From the NCBI GenBank assembly GCA_031429155.1, contig JANOZA010000855.1:1-55760 (forward strand): 55,760 nucleotides of DNA. The letters are read 5' to 3'. Positions 38,739-46,593 of the stretch are shown here, one piece after another; the first letter of the stretch is position 1, and each line of letters opens with the position of its first letter. The DNA is from Verrucomicrobiota bacterium (GTDB taxonomy: Bacteria > Verrucomicrobiota > Verrucomicrobiia > Verrucomicrobiales > V1-33). The notes beneath the pieces were generated by a model. The model was not told the DNA's origin. It saw only the letters and a program-made list of their open reading frames with translations, and did not search any database. The position numbers were made by a program, and so were the translations under genes.

Positions 38739-38772
38739 GCCCGACCCCGCTTCGTGGGGTCGGGCTTTTTTT
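38739..38772 (+). terminator. Rho-independent terminator after the HU gene
   Basis: A perfect 10-bp GC-rich stem, GCCCGACCCC (38739-38748) paired with GGGGTCGGGC (38756-38765). It is followed by T7 (38766-38772). Confidence 0.8.
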
Positions 38773-38837
38773 CGTACGCTTTCTGCGGCGAGTTTTCTCT
38801 TTCCACTTTGGGCATTCAGCCTAAGCCACCGCTACTG

Positions 38838-39731
38838 ATGTCCGCCGCTCCACCAACACCCACGAAGTCTCAGGTCTTCGTCAAAAGGCTGTCCAGCACT
38901 CTTGCCCTGTGGGCGCTGGTGGCCGCGGCCATTATCCTCGCCAAGAGTTGGCTGTTCTTCATTCTGCTTGGGCTTCTCGGCATGACCGGGGTCATGGAGT
39001 ATGTGAAGATGGATGCGACGCTGCCTCGTCCCTGGCGTGTCGGCTTCGTGGTTTTGTCTGCGGCCTGGATGGCCGGGACCTTTACGCTTTGCCAGATGAC
39101 TGGAACAGAGTGGTCGCCCCTGCTGGACCTGGCTTTCGTAGCGCTCGCAGCGATGGCCGCGTTCTTGCCAGCGCTGTTCCGGCCGCTTGAGGGTCGGGCG
39201 ACGCTGTGGGCGATCGTCTATACTCTCGCCGGTTTTGTCTATGTTCCCTGGCTGTGGAGTTTCATGACTCGTCTGCTTTTCATGGATGGCATGGATGCGG
39301 AGAATCATGTGAGCGGCGTGCCGGTCCTCCTCTTTGTCATCGCCGCGACGAAGTTCACTGACTGTGGAGCCTACGTGGTGGGCTCCCTGTTTGGAAGGCA
39401 CAAGATGATCCCGCACGTCAGTCCCGGGAAGACCTGGGAGGGAGTGCCGGGGGCATTCCTCGGCGCTGTCGCCGCGGGGCTGGGTGTTTACTACGCTTAT
39501 GGCGAGGGACGGATGGGATTCAGTGCCTGCCATGCAGTGGTTCTCAGCCTGATTATTGGCGCGGTGTGCATTGTTGGCGATCTCGCGGAGTCTATCCTAA
39601 AGCGATGCCTCTCCGTGAAGGACAGTGGACAGATGCTGCCGGGAATCGGCGGCGCGCTGGATCTCATTGACAGTCTGTTGTGGACGGGGCCCGTCGCATA
39701 TTTCTACCTGTATTATGCCTGTGCAGCGTAA
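38838..39731 (+). CDS. cdsA: Phosphatidate cytidylyltransferase
   Basis: Multi-TM protein with the CdsA signature ATKFTDCGAYVVGSLFGRHKMIPHVSPGKTWEG...GDLAESILKRCLSVKDSGQMLPGIGGALDLIDSLL. The start was trimmed to ATG 38838, downstream of the terminator. Confidence 0.9.
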   Translation: MSAAPPTPTKSQVFVKRLSSTLALWALVAAAIILAKSWLFFILLGLLGMTGVMEYVKMDATLPRPWRVGFVVLSAAWMAGTFTLCQMTGTEWSPLLDLAFVALAAMAAFLPALFRPLEGRATLWAIVYTLAGFVYVPWLWSFMTRLLFMDGMDAENHVSGVPVLLFVIAATKFTDCGAYVVGSLFGRHKMIPHVSPGKTWEGVPGAFLGAVAAGLGVYYAYGEGRMGFSACHAVVLSLIIGAVCIVGDLAESILKRCLSVKDSGQMLPGIGGALDLIDSLLWTGPVAYFYLYYACAA

Positions 39732-40872
39732 GCGCGTCATCATTCTCGGCAGTACCGGCAGCATTGGCACCAGCGCGCTTAAGGTGGCGCGTGATCTACC
39801 GGATCGCATGGAAGTTGTAGGCCTGGCCGCGGCCCGCAGCATCACGGCCCTCGCGCAGCAGGCTGCGGAAACCGGCGCACAGCATGTGGCGCTCTTCGAT
39901 GAATCGGGCGCCGCTGAATTGCGGACGAAACTTCCTCCCGGCGTGAAAGTGTTTGGCGGTGCCCAGGGACTAGTTGATCTCGTCACCGAAGTAGAGGCTG
40001 ATATCGTAATCGTGGCCATCGTTGGCACCGCAGGACTGCGGCCGGCGCTGGCGGCCATCGAATGCGGACGTGACCTCGCCGTAGCCAGTAAGGAGATTCT
40101 CGTCATGGCCGGCGAAGCGGTGATGGCCTCCGCGCGCCGCAAGGGCGTGCGTGTGCTGCCTGTGGACAGCGAACATAACGCCATTTTCCAGTGCATGGAA
40201 GGCCGCCGCGCGGATGAAGTGAGCCGCCTTATCCTCACTGCGAGTGGCGGGCCGTTTCGCACCTGGAGCGCCGGAGAAATCGCCGCTGCCACGGTGGAGC
40301 AGGCGTTGAAGCACCCCACTTGGGAGATGGGTCGCAAGATCACCATTGATTCCGCCACCCTCTTCAACAAAGGCCTCGAAATGATCGAAGCCCGGTGGCT
40401 CTTCGATGTGGAGATGCCGCGTGTGGACGTCATCGTGCATCCACAAAGCATCGTTCACAGCATGGTGGAATTCATTGACGGCAGTGTGCTCGCGCAGCTC
40501 AGCCATACCGACATGTGCTTCCCCATCCAATACGCCGTCACCTGGCCGGAGCGGGTGCCGAACAGCCTGCCTCCGCTCGACTTTGCGAGTTTGGCAAAAT
40601 TGGAGTTTGAGGCCCCTCGCCGCGCCGTTTTCCCGGCCCTCGATCTCGCCCGGGAAGCCGGCACGAAGGGTGGCACTCTCCCCTCGGTGCTCAATGCCGC
40701 GAACGAAGTCGCCGTCGCGGCTTTCCTGGAGCGCCGCCTCGCCTTTCCCTCCATTTGGGAAACCGTCGCCTCCGTCATGCAGCGCCATGTTAACGTTTCC
40801 CATGCCGGACTCGAAGATATCCTCTCCGCCGACGCCTGGGCACGGGACGAGGCATTGCGTCTCCTGTCCTGA
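39715..40872 (+). CDS. dxr: 1-deoxy-D-xylulose-5-phosphate reductoisomerase
   Basis: KRVIILGSTGSIGTSALKV (NADPH-binding), LPVDSEHNAIFQC and HPTWEMGRKITIDSATLFNKGLEMIEA. The start ATG 39715 overlaps the cdsA 3' end by 17 nt. Confidence 0.95.
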   Translation: MPVQRKRVIILGSTGSIGTSALKVARDLPDRMEVVGLAAARSITALAQQAAETGAQHVALFDESGAAELRTKLPPGVKVFGGAQGLVDLVTEVEADIVIVAIVGTAGLRPALAAIECGRDLAVASKEILVMAGEAVMASARRKGVRVLPVDSEHNAIFQCMEGRRADEVSRLILTASGGPFRTWSAGEIAAATVEQALKHPTWEMGRKITIDSATLFNKGLEMIEARWLFDVEMPRVDVIVHPQSIVHSMVEFIDGSVLAQLSHTDMCFPIQYAVTWPERVPNSLPPLDFASLAKLEFEAPRRAVFPALDLAREAGTKGGTLPSVLNAANEVAVAAFLERRLAFPSIWETVASVMQRHVNVSHAGLEDILSADAWARDEALRLLS

Positions 40873-40892
40873 CTTCCCGTTCCTTCCCTCAA

Positions 40893-41363
40893 ATGTCCGC
40901 TTCCCGCGAATGGATCAAATTTAAGCACGCCCGCTTCACCGCGCGCTTCCCATCGGATTTCCGATACTCCCGTTCGCACTACTGGATGGCGCAAGTGCCT
41001 GATGAGCCAGGCGTGTGGCGTGTTGGCTTCACGAAGTTCGCGACCCGAATGCTGGGTGAGCTGGTGGACTTTACTTTCAAGTCGCAGCCCGGTGAGGAGG
41101 TTGCTCCGGGGATGGAGATTGGCTGGGTGGAGGGCTTCAAGGCCTCCAGCGATGTCTTTTGTGTGATGCAGGGCGCATTTGTCGGGAGTAATCCTGCTCT
41201 CGCCGCCGATGCCTGTATCGTGCGCAGCGATCCTTATCTTGATGGATGGCTCTACGCCGTGCGCGGCAAACCGGAGGACGGACACCTTGATGTGCATGGC
41301 TATGTGGAGATGCTGAACGCCACCATCACTCGGATGGCCGAGGAAGAACACCCCGCCGAATGA
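40893..41363 (+). CDS. Glycine-cleavage H-protein-like (lipoyl-domain) protein
   Basis: Colinear with GcvH as recalled: YSRSHYWM..GVWRVGFTKFATRMLGELVDF...GWVEGFKASSDVFCVMQGAFVGSN...DPYLDGWLYAV. The lipoyl-Lys position is retained in EGFKAS. Confidence 0.7.
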   Translation: MSASREWIKFKHARFTARFPSDFRYSRSHYWMAQVPDEPGVWRVGFTKFATRMLGELVDFTFKSQPGEEVAPGMEIGWVEGFKASSDVFCVMQGAFVGSNPALAADACIVRSDPYLDGWLYAVRGKPEDGHLDVHGYVEMLNATITRMAEEEHPAE

Positions 41364-41364
41364 T

Positions 41365-41958
41365 ATGCACCGGCTCATCCGCGAGACTTTATTCGCCGCA
41401 CTGGACTTTGAGAGCGCTGGCGAGGCACCGGGCATGACAGATGCCCCGGTCCAGGCCGGCATCGCGCAAATGCGTGGGGTGGACATTCTTCCCGACTCCT
41501 TTGTCCGGACCTACATCAATCCTCAGCGCACGGTGACCTGGGCGGCCCAAAGGGTCCACGGGATCACAGCGGAAGACCTTTCCGCCGCGCCGGAGATGAA
41601 AGCGCTGTGGCCGGAGTTCCGCCGGTGTTTGGGCGGAAATGTCGTTGTTGCTCACGCAGCCGGCACGGAGAAGCGCTTCCTTCGTGCGTTTCCGATGCAC
41701 GGATTTGGACCGTGGCTCGATACCGTCACCCTGGCCCGCCGGGCGTGGCCTGGTTTGGCGGATTACTCACTCGAGGGGCTGGCCGGTTCGCTTGGTTTTC
41801 GGGGGGAACTTGATCTGCTCTGCCCGGGCCTGCGGTTCCATGATGCACTTTATGATGCAGTCGGCAGCCTGCTGGTCTTGCGCAGGCTCATCTCCCAGGC
41901 GGGTCTCGAAGGTCAGGAACTCCAGGAACTGCTGGTCCGGGAGCCTGATTTCTGTTGA
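41365..41958 (+). CDS. DEDD-family 3'-5' exonuclease (DnaQ/epsilon-like)
   Basis: ExoI FAALDFESAG, ExoII VVVAHAAGTEKRFL and ExoIII HDALYDAVGSLLVL (DEDDh pattern). Confidence 0.75.
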   Translation: MHRLIRETLFAALDFESAGEAPGMTDAPVQAGIAQMRGVDILPDSFVRTYINPQRTVTWAAQRVHGITAEDLSAAPEMKALWPEFRRCLGGNVVVAHAAGTEKRFLRAFPMHGFGPWLDTVTLARRAWPGLADYSLEGLAGSLGFRGELDLLCPGLRFHDALYDAVGSLLVLRRLISQAGLEGQELQELLVREPDFC

Positions 41959-42393
41959 GTGAGGAACCCGTCAATTGCCTGCGGTTTAGGGACCGGATGC
42001 CGTTCGACCCTGGATGCTGGCCGTCGCGCGCACTCACAATCAAAATCACCTTGCGTATCCCTCTATGAGTCCGTATCTTCGAGACCGTTGAGCAAAACCA
42101 TCACCCAGTCCCGCCCGCCATTCGCTCCTTCGTGTTTCGTCACGCAGGAGTTGTTTGTTGTCTTTGTGGATGAAGTGATGCCGGGCGAATCAGGTGAACC
42201 CGGAAGCGGCGTGCAGATTTGAACGCATGACAGGCGCGTCCAGCAATCAGCCCCGGTTTGAATCTGCCACCGTCCGTCCGCAGACCTGGTGGCTCCATGT
42301 CTGCAATTTTCCCCCGGCTCAATTCTAAACAACAACCCGTACACGCTTATTCCCTCCCAATCCTCCAGACCCAACCAGTCCCGCTTCCGCGAC

Positions 42394-43068
42394 ATGACGC
42401 GGATCAATGATCGTATCCGCGCCCCCAAGATCCGTGTTATAGACGGAGAAACGAATCAGCAGATGGGAGTGCTTACTCCTGCGGAAGCCATGCAGATCGC
42501 ACGCAGCCGCGGGCTCGATCTAGTGGAAGTCGCCGCCGAGGCCAAGCCTCCGGTGTGCAAGATCATCAGTTACGGAAAGTGGAAGTATGAGCAGTCCAAG
42601 CACAACAAGGACAAGACCAAGCACAAGGGCGGTAAAGTGAAGGAGATGAAGTTCCGCATCAACATCAACGAACACGACTACCTCACGAAGCTCTCGCACG
42701 GCGAAGAGTTTCTCGACCACAACGACAAGCTCCGTGTCATCTGTCAGTTCCGCGGTCGTGAGGTAGCTCACCCGGAGATCGGCATGAGGCTGATGCACAA
42801 GATTATCGAGGATCTAAAAACCATGTCGCATGTGGACATGAGTCCCCGGCAGAGCGGGCGGACCATCAGCATGACTCTCTCGCCCCTGGCGCAGCACCTT
42901 AGGCACCGGAAGTTTGAGAAGCCCAAGATCGAATACATTGAAGATGTTGGGGAAGGTGACGACGATGAAGATCCCGAAGCGCACAAGCCTCATCTTCATA
43001 CTCTGAACATTGAGCAGATACTTGTGGAGATGGAGGAGGACGACGGGCGTCCCAAGCGCAGGAGCTAA
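42394..43068 (+). CDS. infC: Translation initiation factor IF-3 with an acidic C-terminal extension
   Basis: INDRIRAPKIRVIDGETNQQMGVLTPAEAMQIARSRGLDLVEVAAEAKPPVCKIISYGKWKYEQSK...MKFRININEHDY...FRGREVAHPEIG. ATG 42394 was chosen as the start. An in-frame ATT at 42349 and GTG at 42289 are alternatives, and IF-3 genes often use atypical starts. Confidence 0.9.
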   Translation: MTRINDRIRAPKIRVIDGETNQQMGVLTPAEAMQIARSRGLDLVEVAAEAKPPVCKIISYGKWKYEQSKHNKDKTKHKGGKVKEMKFRININEHDYLTKLSHGEEFLDHNDKLRVICQFRGREVAHPEIGMRLMHKIIEDLKTMSHVDMSPRQSGRTISMTLSPLAQHLRHRKFEKPKIEYIEDVGEGDDDEDPEAHKPHLHTLNIEQILVEMEEDDGRPKRRS

Positions 43069-43145
43069 CGCTGAGCCTGTTGCCGGAACATTGGATAATC
43101 GAATTGCGCGGCTCCAGGTATTGCGTGGTGTAGGCGGCTATTCAT

Positions 43146-44870
43146 ATGCCGAAGCCTAAGCATCCTCTGCGCCAGCTCCGTGCTGCCACGCCTTTTGGGA
43201 CGCAGGCGGCGTTCGCCGCGTTTATCGGGGTGCCGGTGGGGGTGCTGCAGGCGCTGGAGTCGGGTCGCGGGCGCCTCACATCAAAGCTGGCGGCCAGGGT
43301 CAGGGAACTGACGGGTGCGGATGAAATTGAATTGCTGCGCGGCGCGGGCGGGGCGGCAGCGACGCTGTCGGGCCGGCGTTACACGGCGGAGGATTTTGCA
43401 GCCTGGCAGGGATCAGCGGCACAGACCGAGGATCGGGCGAGGCGGGTGGCTCAGGAACAGGCATGGCGCGAAGGCTGGCAGAAGCTGGCCTGCGACGCGG
43501 CTGCACCCTCAGATGCACTCGTGCCCTGGCAGACGTGTGAATTTGGCAGTGCAGAGGCTCGCGCATGGAAAGAAATGACGCCTGCTCAGCAGCGGCTTAC
43601 CGGTTGGTCTGCGGAGCTGTCGCTGCCTCCGCGCACGCGGCTCACTCTGGCCGTCCAGGCCGCTCCGCCGTGGAATCCTGAAGCCCCGCCGCCGGGCCTT
43701 GCAGCGGCGAACGCAGAGTTGTTCCCTCCCTGCTATTTCACGGTCGCGGCTGGCAGCGGAGGTTGCCGCATGGCGAATACTTTCTGGCGGGCAGTGTGCA
43801 GGGAGCATGCGGTAAATTCCAGCGACGGGCAGCCGATCCACGATTCGCCCACGGGGAATTGGCGTGGATTTTTCCGCAGCCAATCGGGTCGTTGTGAACC
43901 TCACGCGGTGTTCACTGGTTTGGAACCGGGTGAGGCTGGCGACTTGGAGAGCGGTTTGTTTTCCGGGGGCGGAATTTTGTGTGGCAGGGCAGGGGAGGAC
44001 ATGGCGCAGGCGACGTTGAGCTTTATCGAGGCACACTCCGAGGATGCTGGAAGTCCGGCCGGGATTTTCCTGTTTGCGTCTCTGGAGGGCGGCACCGCCA
44101 GCGCGCTCGGCAGCCTGCTTCTGGAGCGTCTGAGAGAAAGGTTTCCTTCAGCCCCGGTAATGATAATTGCCGTGCTGCCGGTATCGGGCGTCAGCCCGGT
44201 GGTGGGGGCCCCACTGCACATCGCGTTGGCCATGCAGGCGATTCGCCGCCATGCGGGCGCGGCCTTGCTCTTCAGCACTGATCAACTCCATGGCCAGGCC
44301 CGGAAGTTCTGGGGAATCGATTCTCCGGGCTACGACGAGGCGAATTTGCTGATCTCGGAATGTCTCGCTGCCCTTACCGCTCCACTCCGGTTTGGCGGCA
44401 CGGATGCGCCGCCCGTGGATCTCACGGAGATCATCGCCTGCCTTCAGGCAGGTGATGCCGGGCGCTTGCCGGTGATTACGGGGCATTGCTGGCCGATTAC
44501 GGTGCTGGCAGACCGGCGGTTGAAGACGATCACGCTCCCATGGCTCATGCAGCGGACCCTGCGGGCTGCCACAAGTCTCACCCGGGAGGCTGCTGCGGTC
44601 ATGCTTTGTCTTCGCGTGCATTTGCTGGCCGGCGGGGAATTTATCATCAGCGACGACCCGCCAGCCATTGACCTAAGCGGGCGCATTGGGCCCGGACTGC
44701 ACGAGTCAGCGTCCGGCTTCGCTCCGTCGCCGGTTATTGGCAGCCTGCTACGCCGCCTCGCCCGTCAGGCCCACGAGGTGATGGCGACGCAGAACGCGGC
44801 TGAATTGTGCCGAGATTTGGGGGTGACGGAGGCCACTGTTCGCTCGGCTATTTCTGATATGACCTGCTGA
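43146..44870 (+). CDS. Fusion protein: N-terminal XRE-type helix-turn-helix plus C-terminal divergent tubulin-like domain
   Basis: HTH: LRQLRAATPFGTQAAFAAFIGVPVGVLQALESGRGRLTSKLAARVRELTG. From about aa 195 to 574 the protein is colinear with tubulin motifs: ANTFWRAVCREHAV, AVFTGLEPGE, GIFLFASLEGGTASALGSLLLERLRERFP, VLPVSGVSPVVGAPLHIAL and LRFGGTDAPPVDLTE (see finding). Confidence 0.85.
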   Translation: MPKPKHPLRQLRAATPFGTQAAFAAFIGVPVGVLQALESGRGRLTSKLAARVRELTGADEIELLRGAGGAAATLSGRRYTAEDFAAWQGSAAQTEDRARRVAQEQAWREGWQKLACDAAAPSDALVPWQTCEFGSAEARAWKEMTPAQQRLTGWSAELSLPPRTRLTLAVQAAPPWNPEAPPPGLAAANAELFPPCYFTVAAGSGGCRMANTFWRAVCREHAVNSSDGQPIHDSPTGNWRGFFRSQSGRCEPHAVFTGLEPGEAGDLESGLFSGGGILCGRAGEDMAQATLSFIEAHSEDAGSPAGIFLFASLEGGTASALGSLLLERLRERFPSAPVMIIAVLPVSGVSPVVGAPLHIALAMQAIRRHAGAALLFSTDQLHGQARKFWGIDSPGYDEANLLISECLAALTAPLRFGGTDAPPVDLTEIIACLQAGDAGRLPVITGHCWPITVLADRRLKTITLPWLMQRTLRAATSLTREAAAVMLCLRVHLLAGGEFIISDDPPAIDLSGRIGPGLHESASGFAPSPVIGSLLRRLARQAHEVMATQNAAELCRDLGVTEATVRSAISDMTC

Positions 44871-44954
44871 ACCCGCCGCTTCCCGGGGACATTCCGGTTG
44901 CATTCACTTTGCGGGAAGTGAAAGCAATGACCGGACCACTATTCCCTCACGACC

Positions 44955-45146
44955 ATGAACAAGCCCGCCGCTTTCCTCCTCCTCGCTCTCGCTCTTGGCG
45001 TTAACACCAGTTGCGAACAGCAAAGCTACGAAGAGACGAAAATGTTCAATCAGTCGTCCAAGCCCGGCGTCCATGCGCATGATGCCCACCCGGAAAAGGA
45101 CGCTGGGAAAGGTGCCCCCGCCGAACACCCCAAAGTGAAGGAGTGA
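44955..45146 (+). CDS. Small putative lipoprotein or secreted peptide (63 aa)
   Basis: MNKPAAFLLLALALGVNTSC is a signal peptide with a lipobox-like Cys. A charged, His-rich tail follows. Support is from the ORF and signal peptide only. Confidence 0.45.
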   Translation: MNKPAAFLLLALALGVNTSCEQQSYEETKMFNQSSKPGVHAHDAHPEKDAGKGAPAEHPKVKE

Positions 45147-45286
45147 GCTGGTGGCTCTACCGGGCGCGATGATGGAATCGCACCTTGCTTTTCAATGGCC
45201 GGCAGGCTAATGGAATCCCCTAGTCGGGCGAAACTGAGCTTTTTCGCATCAAGCCCCGGCTCAATCAGCCACTACGACTATTCCCC

Positions 45287-46135
45287 ATGAAAATGACCCA
45301 TTTTGCCATCGCCGGACTCTTCCTGCTCCTCGGCGCGGGAATTTATCTCACCGTCCAGACGGATATGGACGGACGCATGGAGCAGCAAAAAGCCGATTTC
45401 GAACGGATGCGCGCTGAGAGCGACAAGAAGATCGAGCAGTTGGAGAAAACGATGCGCGATCAGAAGGCACCGCCTGCCGTTGCGGATGCGGCGACTGACC
45501 TGAAAAACACTGTGGCGGGCGAAGCGGATGCCGCAGCCGCGCAGGCAAAAAAGGCGATCGCCAATGTAAAGTCTGCCCTGGAAGATCAATCGCCCGGAGC
45601 AAAGGAGATTGAGGGCGCTGTGGACAACGCGACGAAAGGTCTGACGCGACGGGCCAATGATCTTACCTCCGCGCCGAAGGCTGCGGTGGATGGTGCCGGG
45701 GAAAATTTGACCGAAACGGCGGACGAGGTAGCGCAGCGCATCCTCGAAAAGGAACAGGACGTTCTTAACAACACCGGCGTGAGTGACGCGCGTATCGCCC
45801 GTGACACTGCGGAAGTGACGGGCGCCATTCCGGATAATCTGGCACCGCGGATGACCAATATCCAAACTCAGATCATGGCCCAGCCGGCGATAGCCCGCGT
45901 GGAGAATGCCAATGCTGCCGCCAACGAGGGTTTTGTGATTCTTGATCGCGGTCTCAACGCCAATCTCGCCAAAGGCGACGCCTTCGCCGTTCGGCGCGGC
46001 ACCGCAGTGATAGGGCGCGTAGTGATCGGCGAAACCATGGAAGAGACGCGTTGCGTCGCTGAAGTTCTCGCAAGGCACCTCGTGCAGGGCATGGTCATTC
46101 AGAAGGGCGACGAAATCATCAAGTTCGACCAGTAA
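45287..46135 (+). CDS. Membrane-anchored coiled-coil / Ala-Lys-Glu-rich protein with a small C-terminal beta-rich domain (hypothetical)
   Basis: N-terminal TM segment FAIAGLFLLLGAGIYLTV. About 180 aa of helical low-complexity sequence follows. The C-terminus reads GFVILDRGLNANLAKGDAFAVRRGTAVIGRVVIGE...VIQKGDEIIKF. The antisense ORF 45278..46078 has an Arg-rich junk composition. Confidence 0.7.
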   Translation: MKMTHFAIAGLFLLLGAGIYLTVQTDMDGRMEQQKADFERMRAESDKKIEQLEKTMRDQKAPPAVADAATDLKNTVAGEADAAAAQAKKAIANVKSALEDQSPGAKEIEGAVDNATKGLTRRANDLTSAPKAAVDGAGENLTETADEVAQRILEKEQDVLNNTGVSDARIARDTAEVTGAIPDNLAPRMTNIQTQIMAQPAIARVENANAAANEGFVILDRGLNANLAKGDAFAVRRGTAVIGRVVIGETMEETRCVAEVLARHLVQGMVIQKGDEIIKFDQ

Positions 46136-46145
46136 GCGCCTGCGG

Positions 46146-46445
46146 ATGAAGTCGGCGGATGCTGTCAGTCAGGAACGCGAGGAGGCGTGGATCGGTGATG
46201 CGGTGCTGGCGCTCTTCGCCCGGCGCTGGATTCTCGCCAATCAGCGATGCATGGATGCCGACCTGTTCACGGCGATGACGTCCAACCAGTTCCTCAGCAC
46301 CATGAGCAACCCCACACGCCTTGAGGCCCGCATCGGGAGACGATTCACCGAGGCCGGCTTGGAAGCCGCCTTCGCTTTCATTGAGGCCGAAATTCTTCCC
46401 AAGTTTCTCGCACAGACGAAGAAGGTCCGCTGCGGACGGAAGTGA
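46146..46445 (+). CDS. RNase III-domain protein (Mini-III-like)
   Basis: 99 aa. EEAWIGDAVLALFARRWIL resembles the RNase III signature (ExLExLGDAxL). The size fits the mini-RNase III class. Recognition is motif-level only. Confidence 0.55.
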   Translation: MKSADAVSQEREEAWIGDAVLALFARRWILANQRCMDADLFTAMTSNQFLSTMSNPTRLEARIGRRFTEAGLEAAFAFIEAEILPKFLAQTKKVRCGRK

Positions 46446-46593
46446 TCTCCGTTGAGACAACGCAGCGTCCTTATCTGGCGATTGCGCGGAGCCGGGCGTA
46501 GTACCGCGTGGCTCCGGGGAGGATGCCGGGCTGCGGGGCGAGCACCACTTTCACTTTGCCGCCGGGCTGGGTGATTTCGGTGAAGATTATCAG

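Noticed and set aside
40455-41486. The 343-aa minus-strand ORF antisense to dxr and the gcvH-like gene. Likewise 39597..40451 -, 39970..40803 - and 45278..46078 -.
   Set aside because: These lie antisense to genes with strong family signatures, and their composition and lack of motifs indicate shadow ORFs.
42191-42210. CAGGTGAACCCGGAAGCGGC in the infC leader resembles the SRP (4.5S) RNA domain IV GGAA-tetraloop region.
   Set aside because: The bases flanking GGAA do not pair (CCC versus GCG), the conserved symmetric-loop AGCA context is missing, and no extended helix can be drawn.
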